From Prorocentrum cordatum (lineage: Eukaryota), in assembly GCA_963575745.1 (NCBI GenBank), contig CAUYUJ010000003.1, positions 1,302,001-1,366,000 on the forward strand: DNA of 64,000 nucleotides. Direction: 5' to 3'. Positions 39,541-52,639 of the stretch are shown in pieces (position 1 is the stretch's first letter; every line of letters begins with the position of its first letter). The position numbers were made by a program, and so were the translations under genes. The notes under the pieces are model-generated. The model was not told the origin of the DNA and did not search any database. It was given only the letters and a program-made list of their open reading frames with translations.

Positions 39541-39609
39541 GTAGGCGCAGGGAGGGGCACTGCGTCCCCAGGCTCCTACTCCTACTCCTCCTTGACGCCG
39601 CTTCCTCGA

Positions 39610-41990
39610 CGAAGATCCTGCATGGGCCCCATTTTGTCACGCACGGGGTTGTGGCTGGGTGCAGTATGGCTACTACCTTTGTGCGAGTGTATGTAAATCC
39701 TGCCGTGGACCCCATCAGGTTCCCCAGCAGGTCTCCCTTGACATCTACATTGACGATTACGGGCTCTCGAGCTCTGGGACGTCTAGATCGGTGGATTCCT
39801 CGCTTAAGGAGGCCTCGGTGGACCTCTCGATGGCTCTGGAGACAGACATGGAGGCCACTGTTTCTACGGACAAGGCTGCGGTTGTTTCGTCTCATGCGGA
39901 TGTTGGGCAGGCCATCAAGACGTTCCTTGGGCAGCACGGCGGACCTTCAACTGACGCGAGGACCTCGGTCAACCTCGGAGTAGACGACGGCGCTGGACAG
40001 GCTCGTCGCACAGGAGGTCGAGGCAAGAAGGCCAGAAGCAGAATGCAACATGTTCGGGTTCGATGTAAGCGCGTTCGTAAAGCTCGTTAAGCTCTTGGCC
40101 GTCATACCCGCCAGATTTGTGTTTCAGGGCCGCTGGCATCTGTGAGCTACGGCTCCGAAGTCTATGGTGTATCTGATTATGAACTGGGTCTGCTTCGAGC
40201 TGGGTTCCGGGAATCGGTCAAGCCGTCCGCGGGATCCGGGTCTCTTACGTCCCTCTGTATCCTGGAAGGGGACCCTGTTTATCATGCTGCCATTTCGCCG
40301 ATTGCCAGATACTCCAGGGAGCTGTGGGACGCCCACGTTCAGCATACTCCATTCGCATTAGGTTTCGCAATACTTAGAGATGCCTGGCAGCAGACACGGT
40401 CCAGACCGCCGTCTTCGTGGCGGCGAGTTCGTGGACCGATCGGCGCCATGTATCTTTCTCTCTGCCGCATAGGTTGGACCATGCCCAACTACGCACAGGC
40501 GGTGAGAGATCTAGGCGTGCCCTGCTCCCTCGCTACCTCGTACCCCAAGCTGATCAAGAATATGTTGCGTGAGGGCGTGGTCCGACAACTGTGCCGCCTT
40601 TCGGGCGAGAAGCTCGGGCTCGGCGCCAGGCTGTGTTATGATTATGTGATCCGCGACCTCAGCAGCTCCAAGTTTACGCAACTTGAGAAGGGCTCGATAA
40701 GAGCTAATGTGTGCGGGGCCTGCTGGACCAAAGAGAGAGCCGTCCAGTGTGGGTACCAACTCCAGGACACGCGTTGTGTTTTGTGCCAGGGGCCCTCGGA
40801 CTCGGCATTTCATAGGCTTTGGGTTTGTCCTGATCCAGAGGTCGCGGAACTCAGACAGGAGATTGTAGACAGGTCTGTGTTGGAGGCCGCCCAGGAGCTA
40901 GACCTCGCGTCGTGCTCCATGGAGGATTGGCTTCTCTTCATCAAGGGCCTCTTCCCCCACCCAGGCGATGTCCACCCTCGCCCCGTCCAGAAGGTCGCCC
41001 CCACGGTCGTCCGAGAGGGCGACCCTGAGCACCCCGACGAGCAGTTGTTACCTGGAGGTTCGGTATTCATGGATGGGTCATGTGAGAAGCATGTCGTAGA
41101 GGAATTAAAGAGGGCAGGATGGGGCTTAACGGTGTATGATTATCAACAGGTTTTGAAGCTCCGAATGTGGCCTCCCCTTTGGGACCGTTTCCCTCAGACC
41201 CCACAGGCTGCGGAATTCGGGGCTTTAGCCAACTCGTGTCTCTGCCTCACGGACCTTGCATTAGGGTTCTCGGATTGTCTCAATGTTTGTAGGCCTTTTT
41301 AAGATCGACCGTTTTAAGAAGCTGTCGTACAAAAGGCCTTACGCGGGCCTCATGATCAATGCCCTGGGGTCCCGTTTTCTGACGTGTTGAATGTTAAGGC
41401 CCATGCCCGAGGAGCGTTTCTGTGAAATTGGCAATGACGAGGCTGATCGCTCAGCCAATCTTGGGGCCGCGGCGCGTCCCAAGCCTTCTCCTTCTCAAGC
41501 CGACAAGCTGCAGTGGCAGCTGAAGGTCTCCCGCATGGTCTCGCGTCTGGCCGCCAGCGTGCTCGTTTCATGGCCGCGCCTGGACCTTTCTGATGTTCCC
41601 TTCATTGCACCTGCCCGCCCCCCCCGTCCTGGGGCCGAGGCGCCCGAGGGAGTGCACAGATGGGTGTGGGTCAAAACGTTTTGGAGGTGCAATCGATGTC
41701 TCAGATTTCGTCGGCAAGCAGCGCGCCCCGCAGACGAGGGCTGTGCTGGTGACTTGCCCCCAGTTGCGCGTTCTGTCATTGATCGAGGCCACTCCTGTCT
41801 TGCATTGGAGTGTGCGAACGATCAGATGTTGACTAGTTGCACCCGCTGCAAAGCGTTTTCGACCCTCGGCCAATTTAAGCAACTCCGCAATGACTGCACA
41901 CGTCCACTCGCCAAAGCGGCGGAGTAGTGGTCCAGGGTCAAGCGGGGCTGGCATCCGAAGCGGTCCCCATCAGAGAGTGAAGCTGGTGGA
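39610..41990 (+). mobile_element. 5'-truncated LINE: RT, CCHC, RNase H and C-terminal Cys clusters, with frameshifts
   Basis: GVVAGCSMAT, IYIDD, VNLGVD, SYGSEVYG, CVLCQGPSDSAFHRLWVC, FMDGSC, PQTPQAAE, SDCLNV, GNDEADRSA, WRCNRC, CTRC. Confidence 0.93.
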
Positions 41991-42512
41991 GAAGGGCGTT
42001 CGTCAAAATTCCTCGAAGAAGATCCCTGCTGCTCCTCCTCCTCCTCGTCATCATCACCCTGCTCCTGCCTGTCCTCCCCGCTCTCTTCAATCTCCCCCTC
42101 CTTCTCTTCCTCCACGTCCTACTCGTCCTTCCTCACCTCTACCCCTCCTCATTCTCCGCTCTCCTTCCCTCCTCGTCTTCAGCACCCCTCCCCGACACCG
42201 AGAATCCGACAGCGACAACATCTATCAAACATCAACGGGGTACCACCATGTTGTTTGCATCAGGAGGATCTCTTGATGGTCCTCTTGCGGGTCTCTTGTG
42301 CCGTCGACGGGGCCTCGTGGGCCGTCTTGAGGCTACCTTAGGCCGCCTTGGGTTTATAGGGCCGCCTCCAAGCTTCAGGAATCGCGCTGGCGCCACCCGA
42401 GGTCTTCGTGGAGCCATGTGAAACCCTCCAAGAAATCCACCAAGGGCTGGAATTACGGGCATGACTGGGGATCGGGGAGGTGGAACGGAGCCCAGGGCTG
42501 GGACCCGGAACT

Positions 42513-43092
<580 letters not shown>

Positions 43093-43229
43093 GTCTGGCT
43101 GTTTCTGCATTCGATATTTCCCAAACAGTGCTTGCACTTCCTGCCTGGGGCTATGGCGCTCACTGCTAAACCCCATTGCGTGCGGGGAGGAATTCGTAAG
43201 TTGACCCTCTCCCGCTGTACTCTGGCTAA

Positions 43230-43715
43230 CTTCCACCGAGACTCTGCCAGCAATAACCGCGCTTCCACCGAGACTCCGTCGGCAATCCTCCGCACCGACT
43301 CCGTGGCATTTGACTTCCACGCCCCGCCGGCCGGAGAGGGGGGGACGAGATTTGTTAACACCCCCCAGTGCTATTTTCCATTCCACCGAGACTCCGTCGG
43401 CAATCCTCCGCGCCCACTCCGCGGTATTCAACTTCCCCCCCAGCTGGCCCGAGGGGGGCGCGATTTGTTGACGCCCCCCGGTGACATGTTCCATTCCGCA
43501 GAAAATCAGACCAAACAAACTCTCCCGCTTCCCCTTCCAAAGGCGGGGCCATTGTGTGAATCCCTGTCCCGGCCGCGTGGCCGACGACCACGAATCCTCC
43601 GGACCGCCTCCGTGACATTTAGCTCCCCCCCGCCGGCCAGAGCGAGGGAGGGCACGATTTCATATTGCGCTTAAGCTCTGTCGGCAATCCTCCGCACAGA
43701 CTCCGTGACGTTTAA
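43230..43715. repeat. Degenerate tandem repeat (ccaccgagactccgtcggcaatcctccgc core)
   Basis: Core at 43265, 43383 and ~43676, with partial copies between. Confidence 0.75.
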
Positions 43716-44903
43716 CGTCCCCCCCAAGGGCTGACCCCATTTCTACATGTCTCGTAGCATAGCGTAGAATGCGGAAGAAAGGTTGTGCACGAATTAACGG
43801 GAACCGTGGGTTTCGAAGCCAAAGCCTTCGTTGCTGCAGGTGCGACTCGGACTAGTTCTTGGGTAGGGTGATGGGGTGTACACTTACTTTCAAGTATAGA
43901 TGCGTGTGAGCACGTATTTCCCTCCGATGCGCCCCCCTCCCGCCCTCGGGCTGTTTTCCCCCGCCACGGCAGGGGAGGGAGGGGTGGGGAAGCGAATGAG
44001 TGGACAGGGAAGGGATGAGGTAGCAGGGGGGGGGGCAATGACGGACGAAGGGGACGCAGGAATAGGAGGAAGGAGGGAGGGCGATGGGGAATAGGAGGAA
44101 GAGGAAGGGGAAGGTGACGAGGACGTCAGAGAAAAAGGAGGATGGAGGGTGAAGATCAGGACGATGAAGAGGACGACGAGGATGACAGGGCAGATACGTG
44201 CGGAGACAAACTCTTACCTTGGCCCATCTACCACATCCTGACTCCTAGAGCCATTTACCTGGTACTTTTTGGTTGTAGCTTGAACTCACTTCGGGCCTCC
44301 GACCTCCTCTGTGTCCTGACCGACCCTGCCCTCCCACCTGCCCCGTATTCACCTGGTCTGACACTCCCACGTCTTTGACGATGTCTTCTTGGGGCACCTC
44401 TCCCAGGTTATTTTCAGCACGGAACCGACCCTGCGCCCACCTCGTCCCCGTTGCGCCAGACCCACGCAACTGGACTCGTACTGACGAGACCCCCCAATCC
44501 CCTCCACTTCCCACCCGCAGGTTGCCCCACCTCCACCGCGCCCGCCATCGCACATAAGGCGCCCGACATCCCCCCCCCCCAACCCACGCTCCTAGACGCG
44601 TTGTTTTGCGACCTCTGACCACACCCGTTCCACGCCCGGAACGTCGCCCCGTTTCCACCCTGCCCCCACCGCGCCCGACGTCTCCAACCCCTTAATCGAC
44701 GCCCTTAGACTCGTCTTCTTGATGCGCCCCACCCCCGCCATTTCCCGTCCAGACCCCACCCCGCCTCTACACCGCCCCCACCATGCCCGACTCCCCGGAC
44801 CCTTCAGCCCACGCTCCTGAAAATGAGCACTGCCACCCTATCCACTATCTCTCCTCTGGGGAAACATTAGCAGGGTGACGGCACACCGGGGCGCTATCCG
44901 ATT

Positions 44904-45095
44904 CCAGCCGATTCCAGCCGATCAGCCGAACAGCCGATAAGCGACCGAGCAGCCGATCAGCCGAACCTCATATCGGCTGATCGGTTTCTTGGCCGCTGAT
45001 CGCCTGATCGGCTGATCAGCTGCTCGGCCGCTGATCGGCTGATCGGCTGATCGGCTGATCGGCTGCTCGGCCTCTGATCGGCTGATCGGCTGATC
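44904..45095. repeat. Fold-back octamer array (AGCCGATC)n followed by (GATCGGCT)n
   Basis: The two arms are reverse complements. Followed by a (GAG)n tract. Confidence 0.88.
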
Positions 45096-45677
45096 AGGAC
45101 GAGGAGGAGGAGGAGGAAGAGGAGGAGGAGGGAGAGGAAAAGGAGGAGGAGGAGAGGAAGGAGGAGGAGGAGGAGGAAGACGAGGAGGAGGAGGAGGACG
45201 AGAGGAAGAGGAGGAGGATAGGCAGGAGAGGGAGGAGGAGAAGGAGGAGGACGACCAGGAGATGGAGGCAGGGCAGGAGAAGGAGGAGGAGGAGGAGAAC
45301 GAGGAAGAGGAGGGGGAGGAGGAGATTGAGGCAGGGAGGCAGGGCGGCAGGGAAGGAAAGGGAGGGAGGGAAGGATAGATAGTTGTCGGCTGCTCAGTGG
45401 CTGGCCGACACGCGGGCTGTCGAAGGCTCAAGACGGCTCATGACGGTTCCAAGCGCGTTCCAAGGCAAACCCAAGATTTGAATCTCGAGTTGAAAAAACG
45501 AAGACCTGCGCTACAGAAAAGGGTTCAAAAGGATCGAGCGGCCTCCAGGTGTGTTTGTAAATCCCCCAAAAGGCTTCCAATCCGCCTGGCCTCGTCCTTC
45601 CATGAGGAACAAGAGTGCTCATATCTGTCTCCAACGAGGTCTTCAGAGGCTGCCAAAGAGATACCATGAACCGTCGG

Positions 45678-45779
<102 letters not shown>

Positions 45780-45991
45780 AGCACAATCCAAGCACGGTGA
45801 GGGCATGTGCTGGAGGCGCAGAGATATCTCCCAAAACTGTCAACCAAGGATCCCGTGGGCGCGATGAGCCCCAAAAGCTCTTGACGAGGAACCCAACAAA
45901 GTATCACAACGCCTCCGATATACATTACTTGAAGAAGCACCAGAAGGCGCTTCAGAACAAGCCTGGCCGTTTTGCCGACCCTCCCTCAGCC

Positions 45992-46063
45992 TTTCTCTCT
46001 CTCTCTCTCTCTCTCTCTTTCTATCTCTCTGTGTTTCTCTCTCTTTCTCTCTCTTCTCCTGTC

Positions 46064-46097
<34 letters not shown>

Positions 46098-46100
46098 CCC

Positions 46101-46140
<40 letters not shown>

Positions 46141-46611
46141 ATTATCCATCGTTTCCCCTTGTCTGCCTCGCGCAAGCGCTCGATTCGTTCGAACGCGGTC
46201 GCGAACTTGCCGCTGTGAAAACCAATATATACTCATGGCGCGTGTGATTAAGAACGCTCGCACGCGCGTCAAAATACACAATGCTCACCGTGCGTAACCC
46301 CTGCCTTCCCCCAAAAACCACTGTGTTTAAACTTTTCCTTGCTCCGAACGTTCGCGGGCATGTTCGCGGTTGCTAACGCCAGCGAGGCCGACGCGGGCGA
46401 ACGCGTGAAAACATACTACGCTTGGAACAACTTTGGGGTGACGCACCGGAAATCTCAACGGTTTTGGCTGGAATCGCGGAACTAATCTCGTAACTGTTCC
46501 GCTCTTTTCTCGCCCGTTCCGTTCGCCCACCGCCGCAATAGCCAGCGCCGCTCAATTACCGCGAGGGTCGTTAACGACGCAAGGGTCGGGGGGGGGGCGA
46601 GGAGGGAGCAG

Positions 46612-46694
<83 letters not shown>

Positions 46695-46700
46695 GGGGGG

Positions 46701-46784
<84 letters not shown>

Positions 46785-46805
46785 AAAGAGAGAGGGGGGG
46801 AGAGA
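45992..46805. repeat. (CT)n tract 45992-46140 and (GA)n tract 46612-46805 (with a 37-A run) flanking a ~470-bp segment
   Basis: Directly visible. Confidence 0.9.
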
Positions 46806-47109
46806 ACTCAAGAGACACACTGCAGCATTTTCAAGCCCCTTCCGCGTAAGGGGTTGCGCCCTGTGCGTGGATGCGGAACGGCAGCAACGCTTCGTGACCT
46901 GCCCCGCGAGTCGCGGTTCCGAGCACTTGCAAAGGCGCATGCGGATCCCGAGCCTCTCTCGGACTGCGCGCCTTCCCAGGCCAGACCGACCTGATCCCAG
47001 ACCGCGCGGTAGCCTAAGATACAGAAAAACCAAGCCCGAAGGCAAACATGAGGTCGGCGCAAGCCTGCCAAGGCTCGGGCGGGCCACGGCATGCATCCGC
47101 AAGATGAAT

Positions 47110-49764
47110 TCAAAGGAAGGGTGCGAACAAGTGCTTCATATGGTCGAGGCCGTCGTCATCCTCGAGCTCAACCCCGAGCATGACAACGGCCTCCAAGCGC
47201 TGCGCCAGCAGGGCGTCTCGCTCTGCCCACGGCGGCAAACGACCAGCGCCGTAGTGGCGGTAATTAAACTGCAGGAAAGCGAGCTGGCCGAGGACGTTGA
47301 ACCAGCGCAGCGACACCGTGCGAGCGCCCCGCGGGAGCACCCCCTTGAGACACTCCCACAGGCGCTCCACGGGCACGGTGCCCGACTGAACGGGCACCCC
47401 CGCGGCCCGGATCGCCGGCGCCGCTGACTGCCAAGCCCACAGGCCCTCAACTCGCAGGGGCTTCAAGAGGCGACGGTAATGCGCCCGGACCATGGCGGTC
47501 CAGACGCCGCGAAGGCCGCGGACCCGCTCGGGCTGCTTCTTGTCGCGGATCCGCCGCCGTGCCCCGCGGCGCGGACTGGGCGCGTCGACTATTCCTCTCT
47601 CCCGCCCGAAGAGGCCCCCAATGATCTCCCGAACGCCCCACCAAGGGCTTCCCAAGAGACCCCCAGGGAATTCCAGGAGGCCCAAAAGAGGCCACCAAGA
47701 GGCTCTAAAGAGGCGCCAAAATTTGCTGCAGATGCCGTGGGCGGCGAAGAAATTGCCCCCCAAATATCTCGCAAGGGGTCAACCACGAACTCGCAGCTCA
47801 CATCCGTCAGCCCAGGCGCGGCGGCGGGCTAGGCCCAAGGCCATTGGAGCATTCCCCGACGCCAACGGGTGGAGCGGCGGCCAGGTCTGCACCACCCGGC
47901 GTTTCTACGGACCTCCGCCTTGACCTGCTTCGGGGAGGCGTGCCCGCGAAAGGCCATGGACGAATCCACTTGAACCCCAGCGCGCCGCGCGATGCGCGAC
48001 ACCACTCCCCGCGGGAGGTATGCGCCGAACTCCTTCTTCCAAAAGCAGCACTTCGACACGTTCGGCAACTGCAGGAATCGTCGAAGGTCCGCGGCTCCGT
48101 CGGCTTCAGCGCCCATGCTGGCCTGGAACGTCGCCACGGTCTTTTCGACAGCGGTTCTGAGCAACGCCACGCCCGCCTCCGACAGATCCTGCGCGCGCGA
48201 GCGCGCAGGCGCTTGCCCGGCAGGCGGGGCGCCCGGAGGCGGCGCTGACAAACGTGACAAAATGTCCTGGTGGTCGCGAATGAAATCCCGGCAGTCGTTG
48301 CACGACGGGCTCGCGCACCGCCGCAACGCAATGACCTCAGACATCTCGCGACGGGCATCGATCGGCCGCTGGTTAGCCAGGGTTTGGATCTCAGAACCGA
48401 TATGATCAAGGATCAGCCAGATCTACGATTGCATCGGACCTAGCGCAGGCCGACCAAGTAACCGCAGCCCGACCCGAACTCCCCCCTGGGCGAGCGGAGG
48501 CCGAGGCGGCGGCGTCGTGAACGGGGTCGCCAGCGATGGCTGTCAGGGGCTCACTGAAGCGATCCACTGCCTGCGAACCGTCGGCTTTCGGAGTGTCGGC
48601 AACGACGGTAGTCGTCTGTTCGGGGTACTTGCCCATGTAGAATTCGGCGAGCTTAAATCGATGCTTGCCGTAGACGCCCGTGCAGTGGCAAATGGGCGCG
48701 ATGGCGGCCAGGCCCAAGCCTGCTTGTAGGCGGTCGCGTTTGAGGCTGGATACGACGTCGTCGAGGTCGGGGAGAAGGTCGACAAGGTCCTCGGTTTTGC
48801 TCGCAATGACAGGCTTGAGGAGCGCGCCATCCACGCCAATCCAACCCAATATCACGCTGAACTCGCGCTCCTTGTTGTTGAGGACGCGGGCGGCGAGGCC
48901 CCAATTATCGCCCCCTCTGACGACGGAGCCACTGTAGACGTCGACGTGTTTTCTCATGTGCTCCACCAGGGGGGCCAGGTAGTTCTCCAACGCGTCGCAT
49001 ATGAAAGCCCTCAGCGCGCAATTGCTGGGCACTGCCGACAAGTACCAGAGCGCGCGCGACCCCATTGAAAAAGCTAGACAATGTGCGCTGCAGTCCTCTG
49101 CAATTGCTCGGCGAGAGGCCCGCCCGCAGAACGTCTCGCTGAAATTCCGGAGCAAGTGCAGCAAGAAGAAGCGCGTCGCAAAGATGAGGCCGTGCTTCTC
49201 GGTCTGCAGCACCAACACCCCAGGACAGGCTGCTCGGACATCTGCCAATGTCGCTGGAAATCCGCAGTCACGCGTGCCACGGGCATGGCGCGTCTCGCAC
49301 CTGTGCGCCCCCACTTCAAGTTGAAGCGGCAATGGGATGTCCAGGGCGAAGTGGGTCTTGGACTGGTCGGCCCGGGGGGCCGTGCAATGGCGCTCGCCCC
49401 CGGCGGCGGCCTCTGCCACGTGAGCATCTAGAGCAGCAGGACGAACAACGCAGACGTTGCGCAATCCAGGGCCCCTCTGGCGCGACTGCGCGCGGTCGCG
49501 CGCGACGCCCCGCAGCGCCGCCAGCGTGCGACTGAGTTGCGCTGGCGCCGCGTCGCGCCCAGCCTCGTCACGCAAGGGCGTGATGTGGGGGCTCGACCGC
49601 TGGCCGCCGGTGCGCGACGCTGCCTGGACATGCGCCCCGACGTCGGGAATGTCACTCTGCTTCACCGCGCAAAGATCCTCGTACTGGGCAACCCAGGTCG
49701 CGCGCAAAGGCCGCAAGGGAACGCGCTGCCGGGCTCTGCGACGCAGCCGGACGACGTCGGCCAT
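47110..49764 (-). mobile_element. Spliced DUF6729-like DDE transposase gene; predicted exons 49764-48514, 48335-47855, 47594-47110; probably inactive
   Basis: YSGSVVRGGDNW, FSVILGWIGVDGALLKPV...TE, RLQAG...PICHCTG, GDPVHD|VIALRR, SGTVPVERLW. Three ORFs join in frame across GC..AG (48513-48336) and GA..AG (47854-47595). Confidence 0.62.
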
Positions 49765-50135
49765 CGGCGCGCTGCGGCGAGAAAAAAACCCCACGATAAA
49801 CGCCGGGTCGCCGGCGATGCACCCGAACAGCCCGCCCTGAGGGGGCAGCCCATGATCGCTATCCACGAAGCGTTCTGGCTGGTGGAGCAAGCTCATGCGC
49901 ATCAAATGTCCGCCGCCGCGCCCTGCGGAATGAAGTGGGCGCGCCTTCAGTTCCCCTGGCACTGGGCCCCAGGATCATTCCTTCAGGAATCTTAGAAGGC
50001 CAACAGCCAGAAATTCAAATATCTCTGACTTTCTGGGCCTAAGACGAGGTGGCCACAAGGTGGCCCTAAAGTGGCAACGTCCAGGATGCCTCTGACCCGC
50101 CAGCCAGGCACGGTGGCGGGATATGCCGAAGGCAA

Positions 50136-51059
50136 CTAGGTAGCAGGCGCGGCAGAGCGCGGCCCGCCGCCACGCGTTGCGCTGTGTCCTGGCGCGGCCA
50201 CGCTGCGAGAGTCCTGGCCAGGAGCTCGCTGCTGCAGGGTGGCGGGCGAGTTCGCTGGCGCCACAAACTCCTCCGCGCGGAGTTTCGCTTTCCCCTTCTT
50301 GGCCGTTGCAGCCGATCGGAAGACGTCGCGCCTGACCACGCCGCGAGGCGGCCGGGCGGCGGGATCCAGCACTCGCTTCCGAACTCCGACGTCCGCCCGA
50401 ACCTTGCGAGGGAATTGGCGGGGCCACCGCGGCATGGAGGCGCGATCGTGGCTCCGGCTCTCCCGTCGGCTCTCGCTGAGAGCGATCCCTGACTGGGCCC
50501 CTGGCGGCGCAGGCACCGCAGGCGGCTGCGCGGAGCGTTCAACTGGCCCCGCCGACGCGCTGGCGCACGTCGCGCCCGCGGCGCGCCAAACATCGGGGAA
50601 TCGCCTGATCTGCGCACTATCAACTGCGGTGGACACGAGCTCCTGGACTGCCTGGTCCTTGATGTACCACTGGCTTTGGCCGCCCTTCAGACTCACGACG
50701 GGGCTGCTGAACTCGCGCGCGGCGTCGATGACGTAGCGCCAAGACCCTGCTGCAGGCATGGCCCAGTGGCGCGTCACGGAATCCAGAAGCACTTTCTTGG
50801 CCAAGTGCACCTGGCCCACAATGCACTGGCGGGGCAGCGCGCTCTCAGCTGGGGCGTCTGACCCAGTTCTGGCCAAGGCCTCTTGGCACGCGGGGCACTT
50901 TGCAATCGAATCCTTGCCGACGCGCAGACTGTGCCACCCAGGTCTCAGCCGCGCGAAAGGCCGGGTCTCCACGGGCTTGATGCCTCGCAGCATTGCTAAT
51001 GCCATCTGGGGGCCGTAAACCGCAAAGGTCCGCCATGGAAGGCGGGCGTCGGCCTCCAT
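50136..51059 (-). CDS. ASCH (PUA-like) domain protein
   Basis: PQMALAMLRGIKPVETR (GxKxxExR), LPRQCIVGQVHL, HWA...WRYVI...SPV..KGGQSQW. Domain ~50650-51050, followed by a low-complexity basic tail. Confidence 0.8.
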   Translation of the reverse strand: MEADARLPWRTFAVYGPQMALAMLRGIKPVETRPFARLRPGWHSLRVGKDSIAKCPACQEALARTGSDAPAESALPRQCIVGQVHLAKKVLLDSVTRHWAMPAAGSWRYVIDAAREFSSPVVSLKGGQSQWYIKDQAVQELVSTAVDSAQIRRFPDVWRAAGATCASASAGPVERSAQPPAVPAPPGAQSGIALSESRRESRSHDRASMPRWPRQFPRKVRADVGVRKRVLDPAARPPRGVVRRDVFRSAATAKKGKAKLRAEEFVAPANSPATLQQRAPGQDSRSVAAPGHSATRGGGPRSAAPAT

Positions 51060-51131
51060 GCCAGGCGGGACAGACGCGAGCCCCCCCCCGAGCGCCTTTC
51101 GAGCCAAAGCGCGGCGGCACGGAAGAGGGTA

Positions 51132-51685
51132 AGAAAGGCGGGATGTCAGGGCGTCAAAATGCACCATGCTTCCCCGTGCGTACCCCCCCACACCTTCTGA
51201 AAAACAATGGTTTTTTGTTCTGCGTTTTCTTCCCTGAGCGACCGCGGTTGTCTTCGCGCTTGCCGGCGCGAGCCTGAACGATCCAACTGAATGCGCGAAA
51301 ACACCTTGTGTTTAGCGCAGTTCAGGGGTGACGCACGGGATTTCCCTTGGCGTTTTGGCTTAATCTTGGTGCTTGCCATGGAAGTACGAGCCAAGACATG
51401 GGCAGACGATTGGTCTGGATGCCCTCTGCTTCAAATGCAGACGCAGCCGCTGTCATCGCGACCGACTGCACGTTGGGTCAGAAAGGCGGGATGGCAGGGC
51501 GACAAAATGCACTATGCTCCCCCGCGCGTAACCACCATGCCTTCTGAAAAGCATGTTTTTTACGTTTCCTTCCCTGAGCGACCGCAGTTGTCTTCGCGCT
51601 TGCCAGCGCAGGCCTGAACGGTTCAACTGAATGCGTGACAACACCACGCGTTTAGCGCAGTTCAGGGGTGACGCACGGGATTCCC
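51132..51685. repeat. Two ~210-bp direct repeats (51132-51345, 51480-51685), with a diverged third copy at 46266-46453
   Basis: Shared gcg(t/a)caaaat(g/a)cac.atgct..ccg.gcgta...ggggtgacgcac.gga. Confidence 0.88.
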
Positions 51686-51840
51686 CAACGCGGCGACGAA
51701 CGATTTGCCAGCCTCACGAGGCCAAACGCAAACACGATAAAATCAGACACTGCCGTAGCCCTAGCACTGGTAGTCGTAGCGTTTTATATATATATATACA
51801 TACATATATATATATACATATGAATAAAATATGAATAAAC

Positions 51841-51994
51841 TAGTTGTAGATGTAACAGTAGCAGAAGCAGTAGTAGTAGTAGTACAACTACTACTACTAC
51901 TACTAGTAGGCACTAGCAGTAGGTATTAGTAGTAGGTACGACTGGTAGTAGGTACTAGTAGTAGGAACTAGTAGTAGTAGTAGCTATAGTAGTT

Positions 51995-52025
<31 letters not shown>

Positions 52026-52530
52026 AAGTAGTAGTAGTAGTAGTAGTAGCACTAGTACTAGTACTAGTAGCCGGTACTAGTAGTAAGTACGAGTAGTAGG
52101 CACTAGTAGTAGGCACTAGTGGTGAGTACTAGTAGTAGGCACTAGTAGTAGGCGCTAGTAGAAGGTACCAGTCGTAAGTACTAGTAGTAGGCACTAGTGG
52201 AAGGTACCAGTCGTAGGTACTAGTAGTAGGCACTTGTAGTAGATACGATTAGTAGGTACTGGTAGCAGGTACTGGTGGTAGGTACTAGTGGTAGGTACTA
52301 GTAGTAGGTACTAGTAGTAGGTACTACTAGTAATAGGTACTAGTGGTAGGTACTAGTAGTAGGTACTACTAGTAGTAAGTACTACTAGAGGTCGGCACTA
52401 GTAGTAGGTACTCGTAGTAGGTGTTAGTAGTAGGCACTAGTAGTAGGTACTAGCAGTAGGCACTAGTAGTAGGTACTAGTAGTAGGTACTACTAATAGTT
52501 GGTCCTAGTAGTAGGCGCTAGTAGTAAGAG
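51841..52530. repeat. (TAG)n / (GTACTAGTAGTAG)n satellite
   Basis: Directly visible. Confidence 0.96.
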
Positions 52531-52639
52531 TAATCGTAGACCCCCAAATGAATGTGAGTAGCCCTGCAGAAACCGTTGGTTTTTGACGCACCGCCCCAAA
52601 AAACCTAACAACAACAAAAAGCAACACCAGGCAACAGAG

